64,000 bases of DNA from a virus. Below, piece by piece: positions 20,442 through 31,054 of the stretch. Below the pieces are notes generated by a model. It had not been told where the DNA came from. It searched no databases and was given only the letters and a program-made list of their open reading frames with translations. Numbering within the stretch: position 1 is the first letter of the stretch; the number at the start of each line of letters is the position of its first letter. The stretch is taken from IMG/VR virus record IMGVR_UViG_3300028394_003336; one strand, given 5' to 3'. The position numbers were made by a program, and so were the translations under genes.

Positions 20442-22193
20442 ATGGAAGTTAGTTTAGAATCTAAGGCGTTAACATTGTTGGAAACATATGAAGGAGCAAA
20501 CAACTATATATTGGAGCTGAAAAGAAAATCTCAAATTAATAGAAAGTTTTACCCAACAAGAAGTCAATCTGAATACATTATTAACAACCACGACAAACAA
20601 CCTAAGGTTGCTAAGAAGTGGGTTATACTTGATGCTTATTTTGCCCAGAAACTTGCTGATGATAGATTAATGACTGAAATACCTGAAAAGGTTTGGGTTG
20701 AGAAGTTATTGGCAGACAAAGAAAAAGCTTTTCATATTTGGGGTAAAATTACTGAATCTCAAGAACTACATGATTTTTGGTTACCTAAAGCGTCAATAAT
20801 TAAAGATAACACAGTTAAAGATGTTGTTATCAGTTATGAAAAATATTCTAATCGTCCTCCGTTAGCACATCAAAAAGAAGCAATTCAAAAATTAGTTGAG
20901 AATAAGAAATTTATCTTGGCTGATGATATGGGCCTTGGTAAAACCACGTCCACGATTATTGCCGCTCTTGAAGCTGGTGCTAAAAAAATATTAATCATTT
21001 GTCCCGCAACTTTAAAAATTAACTGGAAGAGAGAGATTGAAAACTACACAGACAGGTCAACATATATTGCCGAAGGAAAAAACTTTTCAACCGAACATGA
21101 CTTTGTTATCATAAACTATGACATTATAAAAAATTTCCATGACCCTAAGAAAAAAGATGATTCGCAAATTCTTAGAGCCGATTTTGATTTGGTTATCATT
21201 GATGAAGCACACTATATCAAAAACGCTCAAGCCCAAAGAACAAAACTAATTAATGATTTAGTAAAGAAAGTTGACCGACTATGGTTATTAACGGGAACAC
21301 CAATGACTTCTCGCCCGATTGACTATTATAATCTATTAAGTCTAATAGATTCTCCTGTTGCCAAGAATTGGATGGCATATGTTATAAGATACTGTCAAGG
21401 ATATCAATTTAAAGTTGGTCCAAGAAAAGTTTGGAATGTCATGGGTGCTTCAAATTTAGAAGAACTAAGAGATAGAACAGTGGGATTAACATTAAGGAGA
21501 TTAAAAGAAGATGTATTAGATTTACCAGACAAAATTATTACACCTGTTTACCTTAGATTAAAATCTAAATTGTATGAAGAAGTAATGGGTGATTACTATA
21601 ATTGGTACGAAAAAAATCCTGAGGAATCAAAATCACTTACGGTTCAATTTACAAAACTTACTAAAATAAGACAAATCATTGCCGATGAAAAGATTACTCA
21701 AACAATTGAATTAGCCGAGAATATTATTGAGCAGGATAAGAAGGTTATTATATTCTGCAACTTTACAGATTCACTTAATAAAATTTGTGAACACTTTGGT
21801 AAAACAGCCGTTAAACTTGACGGTTCAATGTCAAAAGGAGAAAGACAATTATCTGTTGACCAATTCCAAGACAATGAAAAAGTTAAAGTTTTTGTTGGAA
21901 ACATTAAGGCGGCTGGTGTTGGACTTACTCTCACCTCTGCCGAGGCGGTTATTATGAATGACCTTTCATTTTTGCCATCCGACCACTCTCAAGCAGAAGA
22001 CCGAGCTTACCGATACGGTCAAAAAAATAATGTATTAGTTTACTACCCAATATTTGAAAACACAATTGAAGGAATTATCTACGACATATTAGCAAATAAA
22101 AAACAGGTTATATCTACAATCTTAGGCGATAACCAAAACAGTCCTGATGCGGCTGAAGAAATCTTAAAAAGAATTAATGAAATGCGTCGTTAA
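20442..22193 (+). CDS. SNF2-family helicase/ATPase
   Basis: LADDMGLGKT, DEAH, LLTGTP, QAEDRAYRYGQ. Confidence 0.93.
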   Translation: MEVSLESKALTLLETYEGANNYILELKRKSQINRKFYPTRSQSEYIINNHDKQPKVAKKWVILDAYFAQKLADDRLMTEIPEKVWVEKLLADKEKAFHIWGKITESQELHDFWLPKASIIKDNTVKDVVISYEKYSNRPPLAHQKEAIQKLVENKKFILADDMGLGKTTSTIIAALEAGAKKILIICPATLKINWKREIENYTDRSTYIAEGKNFSTEHDFVIINYDIIKNFHDPKKKDDSQILRADFDLVIIDEAHYIKNAQAQRTKLINDLVKKVDRLWLLTGTPMTSRPIDYYNLLSLIDSPVAKNWMAYVIRYCQGYQFKVGPRKVWNVMGASNLEELRDRTVGLTLRRLKEDVLDLPDKIITPVYLRLKSKLYEEVMGDYYNWYEKNPEESKSLTVQFTKLTKIRQIIADEKITQTIELAENIIEQDKKVIIFCNFTDSLNKICEHFGKTAVKLDGSMSKGERQLSVDQFQDNEKVKVFVGNIKAAGVGLTLTSAEAVIMNDLSFLPSDHSQAEDRAYRYGQKNNVLVYYPIFENTIEGIIYDILANKKQVISTILGDNQNSPDAAEEILKRINEMRR

Positions 22194-22233
22194 ATAATTA
22201 TTGGATTATTTATTATATGGATAATCCAAACAT

Positions 22234-23772
22234 ATGAAGAAATTAGAAGAAAAGGTAGAACAACTGGAAACCAAAATACTTGAAAACCACGTTAACAAAG
22301 AAAAAGAACAGTTACTTACCGAAATGAAGAAAATTGGAATAGAGAAATTACCCTATTCCTACTCAGCCCTTAAACCGTTCATTGACCCCGAGACAATGGA
22401 CTTTCATTATAACAAACATTATAAAGGGTACGTGGATAAATTGAATGATGCTCTCTCAAAGAAAAAAAACGGGGATTTAGAATTAGAGCAAATCATTAAG
22501 AACATTAGTCGTTACGACAAGTCAATCAGAAATAATGCAGGTGGAGCATTCAATCACGCATTATTTTGGAATATGTTGACACCAAACCCAAAAAAACTTG
22601 AGGGGGAACTTTATAAAAAAATTGTAAATCAATTTGGTAGTTTCACACAATTCAAGAAAAAATTTGAGGCCGTTGCTAAAGATAGATTTGGTTCAGGATG
22701 GGTATGGTTAGTTCTAACCGCAAAGAATACATTAAAAATAATGTCCACACCAAACCAAGACAATCCATTAATGAATGTGATTGAAGGTGGTGGGTTTCCA
22801 CTATTAGGGTTGGACCTATGGGAACACGCATATTATTTAAAATACAGGAACAAAAGAGACGAATATATTGTAAACTTTTGGAAAGTTGTTAATTGGGATT
22901 TTGTTACAAAAATGTATGAAATGAAAACCCAAACAAAGTTAATGGAGTCTGTTGAGTTAGGTAAAATTATTACTGAATCGGCAGATGCAAAGTTCTGTGA
23001 CGCAAAAGAAATTTTATTTTTTAAAGATTTAATTAACAATTCTAAAATTAAAAGAAGATACCAAGATGGAGTAACTGACGTATTAAGAACAGTATTCCAT
23101 GATTTTTGGGTTGAGAGTACGACAAAAGAAATGTCAGGATTCTACGGAGTTGAATCTAAAGAAGGTAGGTCAATTCTTAATAACCTTAACACCAATTTCA
23201 ATGCATTTTGTTTATTGGTTAAAGCGGTTAACAGACAAATTGAAAATATTGGTAGAACCGATAAGATTTTTAATTTTAGTTTTAAAGAAAATAGAACACT
23301 GAAAGAAGTAGAAAGATTTCTTAACGCTTTAGACCATTTCAAAAAACAAATTTTTACAAAAAACAATGAAGACTTTATTAACATTATTAAAGTTTTAAAA
23401 AAGTTATGGGACAGAGGACAAAAATCTGAAGATAACGTTCAAAAGAAACTTGAAGATTATTTTGAAGGGGATGCAAAAGTTGAAAAAATTGGAGGTCACG
23501 GACAAAAAAGAGATGCCTTTAAAGGTGTTGATATGGTTATTGAAAAGGATGGTAAAACACATACCGCCCAAGTAAAACCATATTCAACGGCAAGTATAGA
23601 TGGTGATAAGGTATCGTTATCAGATACTGGTAATGTTAAACCTTATAACGTGAACTGGTTAATTTTTATTCAACCTAAAACTAATAAGATATTAATATTT
23701 GATAATCATCCATTACAAAACGAAAATCAATATATATTTAAGTTAAGTTCACTTCTTCACGAAATAGAATAA
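22234..23772 (+). CDS. sodA: Fe/Mn superoxide dismutase (Mn-type signatures) fused to a C-terminal PD-(D/E)XK-like region
   Basis: LPYSYSALKP, HYNKH, GGAFNH..FW, FGSGWVWL, NQDNP, DLWEHAYY; extra ~280 aa containing GVDMVI...AQVKP. Confidence 0.85.
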   Translation: MKKLEEKVEQLETKILENHVNKEKEQLLTEMKKIGIEKLPYSYSALKPFIDPETMDFHYNKHYKGYVDKLNDALSKKKNGDLELEQIIKNISRYDKSIRNNAGGAFNHALFWNMLTPNPKKLEGELYKKIVNQFGSFTQFKKKFEAVAKDRFGSGWVWLVLTAKNTLKIMSTPNQDNPLMNVIEGGGFPLLGLDLWEHAYYLKYRNKRDEYIVNFWKVVNWDFVTKMYEMKTQTKLMESVELGKIITESADAKFCDAKEILFFKDLINNSKIKRRYQDGVTDVLRTVFHDFWVESTTKEMSGFYGVESKEGRSILNNLNTNFNAFCLLVKAVNRQIENIGRTDKIFNFSFKENRTLKEVERFLNALDHFKKQIFTKNNEDFINIIKVLKKLWDRGQKSEDNVQKKLEDYFEGDAKVEKIGGHGQKRDAFKGVDMVIEKDGKTHTAQVKPYSTASIDGDKVSLSDTGNVKPYNVNWLIFIQPKTNKILIFDNHPLQNENQYIFKLSSLLHEIE

Positions 23773-23790
23773 TAAAGATATTTATTTGAT

Positions 23791-24915
23791 ATGGCAGCAA
23801 TACCAGAACCAGAAAGGTCAAAAATTTATACGAGAATTAAACACCAATTAGGTGCGCCCTTAAGAAGTGTAGAACTTGAGGACGAAATGTTAGACTCATT
23901 GATGGAATTAGCAATTGGAGATTATGAAGAATATATCCTTCAGTGGTTAATTGATTCTCAATGGGTTAACTTGGTTAATTTAAACATGAATGAAAGGTCT
24001 GTGGCAAGAGCCCTTGTTACAAGAACAATGGATTTTGAACAACAATTCTCATATTCGTATTCTAAAATTGTAGGTCTTCAAACTGAAGGTCCTTGGGTTT
24101 TAAAGAAAGATTATTTTGTTCTTGAACAGAATGTGCAAACTTACGAAATTCCTGCAGGTAGAGAAGTAAATGAATTATTATGGTTTTCTGACCAAGCTTG
24201 GAGTGCATATGGTTTAGGTGGTGCTGGTGGGTTTGGTGGATTTGGTGCGTTGGGTGGTGACCAAGCGGGTTACGCTCAAATGGGAAATGGTGGTTCTTAT
24301 TTTATGATGTCAGGTTTTGATTATTTAATTAGAATGCAAGAAGCCAACATCCTTAGTAGAATTTTAGGTGGTTCATTAACATATAGAATAACAGGACTAC
24401 CTGACGGTAAAAAGTTAATACATTTAATGAACACCCCTGGTGGTAAATTTAATTGGTCAAGTTATAGTCAATATGTGGGTAAAGCCGTTTGGTATTGGTA
24501 TTATGATGTAGAACCTGATAGTAGAGCCGATTGTTTGAAAAATAATCCTGATATTATTAAATTACCAACAGACGTACCTATTGAAGAGTTAACTTGGATT
24601 GATTTAAATGTTCCTGGTCAACAATGGGTTAGAAGATGGTTTACGGCTTACTGTAAAGAAACTTTAGCGAGAGTTAGAGGAAAATATAGTGGCAACCTTA
24701 AAACACCTGATTCTGAAATTGTTATGGACTATCAAAGTTTATTAACAGAGGCCAAAGATGAAAAATCAAAATTAATTGAAGAATTGATTGGTGCTGAAGG
24801 TTGGTTAACCAGAATGAGACCTGACAAAGTAATGGAGAGAGAAGCATTAATCGCTGAAAACCTAAATAAACAAATGAAGTTCAGAGCAATGCCTCGTCAA
24901 ATTTACGTAATATAA
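23791..24915 (+). CDS. Neck/head-tail adaptor protein (gp13-like)
   Basis: LGAPLRSVEL N-terminus and WVRRWFTAYCKETLARVRGKY C-terminus. Confidence 0.75.
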   Translation: MAAIPEPERSKIYTRIKHQLGAPLRSVELEDEMLDSLMELAIGDYEEYILQWLIDSQWVNLVNLNMNERSVARALVTRTMDFEQQFSYSYSKIVGLQTEGPWVLKKDYFVLEQNVQTYEIPAGREVNELLWFSDQAWSAYGLGGAGGFGGFGALGGDQAGYAQMGNGGSYFMMSGFDYLIRMQEANILSRILGGSLTYRITGLPDGKKLIHLMNTPGGKFNWSSYSQYVGKAVWYWYYDVEPDSRADCLKNNPDIIKLPTDVPIEELTWIDLNVPGQQWVRRWFTAYCKETLARVRGKYSGNLKTPDSEIVMDYQSLLTEAKDEKSKLIEELIGAEGWLTRMRPDKVMEREALIAENLNKQMKFRAMPRQIYVI

Positions 24916-25250
24916 TGGCTATAATTAAAACAGTACCAGTAAGAAAATTCATCAATGGTCACCAAATAGAAACTTCTGAAATTACATTAGTTTCAGAATT
25001 AGATTATCGTACAAATGGTGAAGACTGTTGTATTATAAGAGGTGTGGCACAATCATTTGTAACATTAGATTCAAGAACATCTGACCACGTCACAGTAAAG
25101 GCAATGACTCACTTAACAATCAGACCTGATGTTGGAAAGATTGATGAAGAATACGACGAGATTGTTGCCGATAAGTTTGCATGTATTGAATTCAGGTTTG
25201 TTGGTGGAAACTGGTATATCTTATCTTCAGATGGTCTGAAGCAATCCTAA
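24915..25250 (+). CDS. Hypothetical protein, probably structural
   Basis: 111-aa beta-rich ORF translationally coupled to the neck gene. Confidence 0.5.
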   Translation: MAIIKTVPVRKFINGHQIETSEITLVSELDYRTNGEDCCIIRGVAQSFVTLDSRTSDHVTVKAMTHLTIRPDVGKIDEEYDEIVADKFACIEFRFVGGNWYILSSDGLKQS

Positions 25251-28016
25251 CCTTTCCTTCCAATTTTCTTCAGCTAAATCATACATATAATCTGACTTAA
25301 GACCACGTCTTTCCCAATAATTTAATTCTTGTTCAGTAATATCCAAAACATCTTTTTGTAAATCATCTTGGTCTCCTTCACCTAATGGATGTCCATTAAT
25401 TAATTCACACTGAGATGTTGTAAAAATACCTCTCTCTGCAGGGTCAGAAACAATTAAAGCATTTCTAACTTCATCTTGAAAAACAACCATCAAAGGTTCA
25501 ATTCTTTTATTGAATGTTGATACAGCTCTTGGTACATTATAGTCACCCGTTAAATCAGGGTCGTTCTCTAAAATATCTTTATCCAACATATAACAGTTAA
25601 CCATAACCCCATCTGTAATTGGTTTTGCCTTAGGGTTATTAAATAAGTTTACTGCGTTCGTATCTTTAATTTGTTTTACAGTCATCTTCTGAACATCACC
25701 TTGTGAAGCCTTTGTTCCGTTATTAACATACATAATCACATCACCCAAGTTAACACTCAAACCGTCTTGTATTGCAAGTTCCATATGAGCCATACGAGAC
25801 ATACTATTACCTGATTTAGTCTTAGTTGTTAATCTTTTCTTATACTCATCAAGAGTTAACTTAACCTTTGCTCTCTGTGCAATCTTACTTAACGCAACCT
25901 TCTTATCAAATATCTTCTGTAGATACTCATAATAATATTCAACAAATGCCTTACCATCACCTTGTAATAACATCTTAATTCCCTTATCCAAGAACTCTTC
26001 AATATATAAAGGTAACTTCTTTGACTTAATGGAGTTGCCAGTCAACTTTATCTTTCCTTTGGCATCCATAACAGCGTAATTTTTCCTGGCAAGATTTATA
26101 CATGACGGCCATACCCCATCGGTATCAAGAGCCATCTCTCCTCTCATGAATATATCGTTGTATTCTGCCACGTCAGCCTCAGGTCCATAATACTCCTTAC
26201 CTTCCTTAACCTTCCAATTCAAACCACGACCTATATACACACGGTCTTTAGCTTCAGGTGGGGTTGAGAAGTTCACACCATCCGTATCCATAACCAATGG
26301 AACATATCCTTTTGTCATAAAGAATCTAATCATCTGACGAAGATATTGTCTACCTGTACAGGTAATTTGTTCTCCCATATACATGTCACCCCAAGCATAA
26401 ACCTGAGGGGCAGACAACGCACCGAACATTGAGTTAATGAATATTTTAATCGGTAATTGTTTGTTACCATATGTTGCAGACTTCTTTGGGTCGGTTGTAT
26501 AAAATTCTTCAGCGAGTTCTTTGTATTTGATACGGGTATTACGGAAATAACTTAACATTCCTTTCATTGCACCTGTAACATCACAGTCGGGGAATACATC
26601 GTGAACCAATTGAATAGATGGATATAGTGAACTAAAGTCCAACTTAAGTACGTCCTTGGAATATCCAACCTTCAATAATCTTGATAATCCACCGACAAAA
26701 TCTGTCTTAGCTTCTTTTGCGGGAATTGCTAATCCGTGTTTGTATGACCAAGCCAACATCAACATCTTCCATAATGTTGCGGTACCCATTGTGGACACTC
26801 TCTCATATGTTGTTGGAATCATTGCGGCAAGTAGAAATGAACCTTGGTTAAACTCCGTATCAACCTTTAATGTTTCATCCAAGTCATCGTCAAGATATCT
26901 CTCAACAAGGTTATCGCCAGTAGTTTTTACATATACTTCAGGAAACTTAACATCTAAGTCTTGGTATTCAGAAGCCTTTTTATATTTTCCGTTCTGAACA
27001 TTTAACCAATACTCCTCTTTGTTAATATACATTTTACCGATACTCTCGTGGTCAATATAAACACGGTCAGGAGCCTCAGCATTAATAAACTTCGTAATGT
27101 ATTTTAATCCCGCAGCTTTAATACTTGAGTTGATTGCCTGTGCTCTACGAACAGCATGAATAATGTCAATTACGTTATAACCCCAAATAGATGTCTGAAC
27201 ATATTCTTCCACCTCATTCGCAAGTTTTAACATACTGTCCTTTCTTGTGAATGAATGTTGGGGGTGTAATGAACGACAAGCTTTTTTTGGGTCAACCCCT
27301 AAAATTTTACATCTTTCAAATATCCAATGCCAGTCAAAGTTTGCTGAATTATATCCACCAATAATACTTGGTTTGAGTTCATCTATAACTTTAAAGAACT
27401 CAATGATAGAATTCTTCTCCTGAGACTCATCAAGACACTCAATTACTCTGTGGTATCCTTTATTAGTCTTTATTCCAATCATGAAAATACGACCATCTTT
27501 AGGGTCAAGAGCAGTCGTTTCCAAGTCAAATACAAGTCGGGTGACTTGTTCGTAGTCTTCGTATCCTTTAAATAATCTTTTTTCTTTTGAAATTAGGTAT
27601 TGTTCTACAGGAGGTAGAATCATTATTTTATCCTTTGACTTATCTCCCCAAGGGTCACAACCACCATCTCTAAAAAACTGAATAAGCTCTCTATAACCTT
27701 TAAGAGATTTAACCATATATGTAAGACCTTTTTCAAGTCTTTCATTATCTTTTGTTTCCAACTTATCAATCATGATTCCGTACTTAGTCATAGCCTCTTT
27801 TTGAGCGGCTTTGGAATCACCATAAAACTTTAATCCACGCAAATCACCGACCCAAGCAAACGGAATAAACGTATCCTTACGGATTTCTTTTCCTTTACCA
27901 GGTGCTTCTTTAATTTTGTAAATTGAGTTGGATGCGTAGTCAAATTCTATTGCGACTATAAATTCTTCAGGGTCGTTGCCATGTAGGAACGATTCTATCT
28001 CTTCGTTAGATATCAT
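25227..28016 (-). CDS. polB: DNA polymerase family B
   Basis: Exonuclease motifs FDLET, YNSANFD; polymerase motifs DFSSLYPS, KIFINSMFG, DTDG. Confidence 0.95.
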   Translation of the reverse strand: MISNEEIESFLHGNDPEEFIVAIEFDYASNSIYKIKEAPGKGKEIRKDTFIPFAWVGDLRGLKFYGDSKAAQKEAMTKYGIMIDKLETKDNERLEKGLTYMVKSLKGYRELIQFFRDGGCDPWGDKSKDKIMILPPVEQYLISKEKRLFKGYEDYEQVTRLVFDLETTALDPKDGRIFMIGIKTNKGYHRVIECLDESQEKNSIIEFFKVIDELKPSIIGGYNSANFDWHWIFERCKILGVDPKKACRSLHPQHSFTRKDSMLKLANEVEEYVQTSIWGYNVIDIIHAVRRAQAINSSIKAAGLKYITKFINAEAPDRVYIDHESIGKMYINKEEYWLNVQNGKYKKASEYQDLDVKFPEVYVKTTGDNLVERYLDDDLDETLKVDTEFNQGSFLLAAMIPTTYERVSTMGTATLWKMLMLAWSYKHGLAIPAKEAKTDFVGGLSRLLKVGYSKDVLKLDFSSLYPSIQLVHDVFPDCDVTGAMKGMLSYFRNTRIKYKELAEEFYTTDPKKSATYGNKQLPIKIFINSMFGALSAPQVYAWGDMYMGEQITCTGRQYLRQMIRFFMTKGYVPLVMDTDGVNFSTPPEAKDRVYIGRGLNWKVKEGKEYYGPEADVAEYNDIFMRGEMALDTDGVWPSCINLARKNYAVMDAKGKIKLTGNSIKSKKLPLYIEEFLDKGIKMLLQGDGKAFVEYYYEYLQKIFDKKVALSKIAQRAKVKLTLDEYKKRLTTKTKSGNSMSRMAHMELAIQDGLSVNLGDVIMYVNNGTKASQGDVQKMTVKQIKDTNAVNLFNNPKAKPITDGVMVNCYMLDKDILENDPDLTGDYNVPRAVSTFNKRIEPLMVVFQDEVRNALIVSDPAERGIFTTSQCELINGHPLGEGDQDDLQKDVLDITEQELNYWERRGLKSDYMYDLAEENWKERLGLLQTI

Positions 28017-28106
28017 AATATATTTTTTAGAGTGGTCTATTAGCTTTCACAATATGTGAAATTTACCTTCTTCTATAAATATAAAAAATGTTATGAATTA
28101 ATCAAA

Positions 28107-28484
28107 TTAACAACAAGCAGTTTCAGAAATAAAACTATCTTGAATATTAACATAAAGTTCTTCTCTGATTGGTAAAATTAAATTTCCCTCATCATTCTTG
28201 ATTAAGAATTGACCTTGGTATCTACCAACAGTATCTGTGTCGTATTTTGTAAATTTAAAATAGATATAATATTCTGTGGACGCACCCTCAGGTAAAATTA
28301 AACTAACAATTTCACATGGGGCAGAAACTATCTTAGGTATACCTGTTTCTACGTTAATCATAGAAAAATAAATTGAGGATACTTCAAGTGCCTGCATTAG
28401 CTCAAGATATCCAGCTCTACCGTCTTTAACAACCTGCATTTTTAAAACAGGTAACGTTGCATTCTTTTTGATAAAAAATTCCAT
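28107..28484 (-). CDS. Small structural protein, BppU N-terminal-like
   Basis: MEFFIKKNATLPVL...DTDTVGRYQGQF...LILP; start 28484 follows a TATTTAT motif. Confidence 0.45.
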   Translation of the reverse strand: MEFFIKKNATLPVLKMQVVKDGRAGYLELMQALEVSSIYFSMINVETGIPKIVSAPCEIVSLILPEGASTEYYIYFKFTKYDTDTVGRYQGQFLIKNDEGNLILPIREELYVNIQDSFISETACC

Positions 28485-28500
28485 AACAATAAATATATTG

Positions 28501-30177
28501 TTATGACTCTTTACGAAGGTCTCCGCTATAATGTTCAAATCTATTGTGCTCAGTTGGTGTTGCCAACAATAAACCAGGATAAAGTTCATCCTTTTTTATT
28601 AGTTGATACATATGACTCATCCATGTTTGTTCAAACGGATGTGCCCATGTTACATCTAAGAACATTTTTTTATTTCCTGGTCTGCTAACAAGTTGAGGCC
28701 AATTACAATAATAAACATCACCCATAGTATATGGTAATCCTTTATGACTTAAAACATGAGTATATACTGATTTCGGTGCATTTGGGTCTAATCCTTGAAC
28801 AGGTAATCTGTTTTTACCTGGCCAAAATTGTTCTCTAACACTTTGTGGTACGTTATACCAAGCCCATTGAGTTCCGTTATCACCATAAAATTCTGAATAG
28901 TTAAGTTTCAAGAAATCAAAGTTTTCTTTCTTCATAACTTCTAATGACTTTGTATAAAGATTTGGGATGTATCTATTAAATCCATTTCTACATACTTGAC
29001 CCTCATTTGGGAAAAAGAACATATCATCTTCAAAAAATAAGTAATAATCTAAATCAGTAGTATCAAAGTGCTCTGCAATAAATTGTCTTCCACCACATAT
29101 ACCTAAATTATCCTTCTTTATATGTGTAAAATTATGTTCTTCACAAAGTGACGCATATTCATCAAAAGTTGATTCATCAGAAGAGTTGTCTAATAAAAAC
29201 TTTTTAGTCTTAAGTAAGTAATCTTTATCGTATTCAGTCATTGATTTAATCAACGTTCTGAATTGATTTGGACTATTAAAAGTAATAACATATAATCCAA
29301 CTTTAGATGTGTCTAAGTTATTAACAGATTCAATAACTTTAGCTTCATTCTTAATCTTTAAATTATCATTCTTTAAGTCCTCAAAGAATTTTCCAACTAA
29401 TCCATTCCCCTCAATTTCAAAATAATTTATTAAATCAGAATGTTTGTAGCACATAATACTGAAAATAGACTCTTCAGTACCCATATAACCTTCTTCTAAG
29501 GTTGTTTTTAACAATGAATAATAAATTCCATTAATATCACCAATAGAGTCTTTAGGTCCACCAAAAAACCCACCTCTAGCAACTTTATTTACCTTATCAC
29601 CAGCAATTGAATTTAATTTATTATATTCAAACCCATGAATTTCAGTTTCAGCATCATAAGGAAAACAAATGAATGAAAACTTAGAAATATATTTCGGTAG
29701 TTTATCTAAAACTTTATCGTGTGTAAAATAACCAGGATGAACAGTATTTGTTAATCCACCATCAATCCAAAAAAGATATTCTGAATTAAATTGGTCCATA
29801 ATCTTAGCATCATTTAATAAAAATACTTTAGACATAACCAATGGATTATAGTTTTCTAATCTGGCTTGTGTTGAATCTTTTAGCCAACCAGATAAATTAG
29901 ACCAACTTTCGTTAGCTCTAATCTTTTGAATCATGTCAAAAAATTCATTTTCTCTAAACCAACTCAAAGGTCTTGTAATGAATTGAGTATTATCCTTTGA
30001 CCTTCTTTCAAAAACAAAATCTCTAAGTTCTTCATCACCAAAAATAATCATATTGGCATCAACACCTAATAATGAACTAAATTTGTCCAAATAATGTTGA
30101 TAAGTTCTTGACCATCCTTCAGTTAGTTCATCTCTACCGATGTTCCATATTCCTGTTACTAATGTTATCTTACTCAT
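28501..30177 (-). CDS. HtrL/YibB (WlaTC)-like glycosyltransferase fused to a GT2-like domain
   Basis: ITLVTGIWNIGR, WIDGG, GGFFGG, TEE in the N-half; VITFN, LLDNSS, NLGICGGR, FFEDD in the C-half. Confidence 0.7.
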   Translation of the reverse strand: MSKITLVTGIWNIGRDELTEGWSRTYQHYLDKFSSLLGVDANMIIFGDEELRDFVFERRSKDNTQFITRPLSWFRENEFFDMIQKIRANESWSNLSGWLKDSTQARLENYNPLVMSKVFLLNDAKIMDQFNSEYLFWIDGGLTNTVHPGYFTHDKVLDKLPKYISKFSFICFPYDAETEIHGFEYNKLNSIAGDKVNKVARGGFFGGPKDSIGDINGIYYSLLKTTLEEGYMGTEESIFSIMCYKHSDLINYFEIEGNGLVGKFFEDLKNDNLKIKNEAKVIESVNNLDTSKVGLYVITFNSPNQFRTLIKSMTEYDKDYLLKTKKFLLDNSSDESTFDEYASLCEEHNFTHIKKDNLGICGGRQFIAEHFDTTDLDYYLFFEDDMFFFPNEGQVCRNGFNRYIPNLYTKSLEVMKKENFDFLKLNYSEFYGDNGTQWAWYNVPQSVREQFWPGKNRLPVQGLDPNAPKSVYTHVLSHKGLPYTMGDVYYCNWPQLVSRPGNKKMFLDVTWAHPFEQTWMSHMYQLIKKDELYPGLLLATPTEHNRFEHYSGDLRKES

Positions 30178-31054
30178 AAATTCTATTAAATTCTTCTAAT
30201 ATTTTAAAAAAGCTTTTATTTTTTTGGAACAACTCATCTGTTGTTCCTTGAGGTGCATTATCTCTACACCACCATATATCAAAATGTTTTCTGTAAAATA
30301 AATCTTGATGGTTAAAGTACATCAAAGTCATAATTTGTTCTTCATGTGGTAACCCATTATCACTACCCAAAACACTTTGAGCATAGTTTTCAAAAGTTGT
30401 TACTATATTGTCCCACTTATCTCTATGACCCCCAAACATTCCACCTATAATATGAATACTTCTATCATAGTTAACATACCATTTTGGGTCTACAGTTCCT
30501 GACCAATAATTTCTATCATTTTCTTTACCAAATAACAAAAATTTATCTCCTGTGTCTTCAATAACATTTTTTAAGAAATTATTATTAAAAAGATGACTCT
30601 CATAAAACCTTCTCATTGAATGATGTTGTTCGTCAAGATATTTTAAAGGAATAAGCCCACAATGAGATAATCCCGCATCAACCCAATAATAGTTGTCATA
30701 TGATTTATCTTCATTCCACCACCAACTAAATTTTGAATATTGAATTTCAATACATCTATCTCCTCTCTTAATGTCATCAACATTCTTCCTTGAATTAATT
30801 AAATCTTTAAACTTACAATTCTCAAGGTCAAAAACTTGGAATTTTAATTGATTCTCAGATATCTTATATTCAGAATAAAAAAATTCTTTTAAAGATTCAA
30901 TTTCTCTGTCTGATGTATAACAAAGAAAATCGGCATCTGTCATTTTAAGTAATGAAAGAAGACTAAATCTGTAATGAGAACCCCTATTAGGTCTACCACC
31001 TAATTCTGTTCCGTTTAAATCACTATAAATTGCAGTAATAATTTTAGTTGACAT
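30170..31054 (-). CDS. HtrL/YibB-like glycosyltransferase
   Basis: IITAIY, YSKF, YWVDAG, IIGGMFGG, EEQIM; paralogous to the N-half of the next gene. Confidence 0.65.
   Translation of the reverse strand: MSTKIITAIYSDLNGTELGGRPNRGSHYRFSLLSLLKMTDADFLCYTSDREIESLKEFFYSEYKISENQLKFQVFDLENCKFKDLINSRKNVDDIKRGDRCIEIQYSKFSWWWNEDKSYDNYYWVDAGLSHCGLIPLKYLDEQHHSMRRFYESHLFNNNFLKNVIEDTGDKFLLFGKENDRNYWSGTVDPKWYVNYDRSIHIIGGMFGGHRDKWDNIVTTFENYAQSVLGSDNGLPHEEQIMTLMYFNHQDLFYRKHFDIWWCRDNAPQGTTDELFQKNKSFFKILEEFNRIYE

Noticed and set aside
25227-28016. Intein or intron in DNA polymerase
   Set aside because: Motifs are normally spaced and no splice-junction or LAGLIDADG signature is seen
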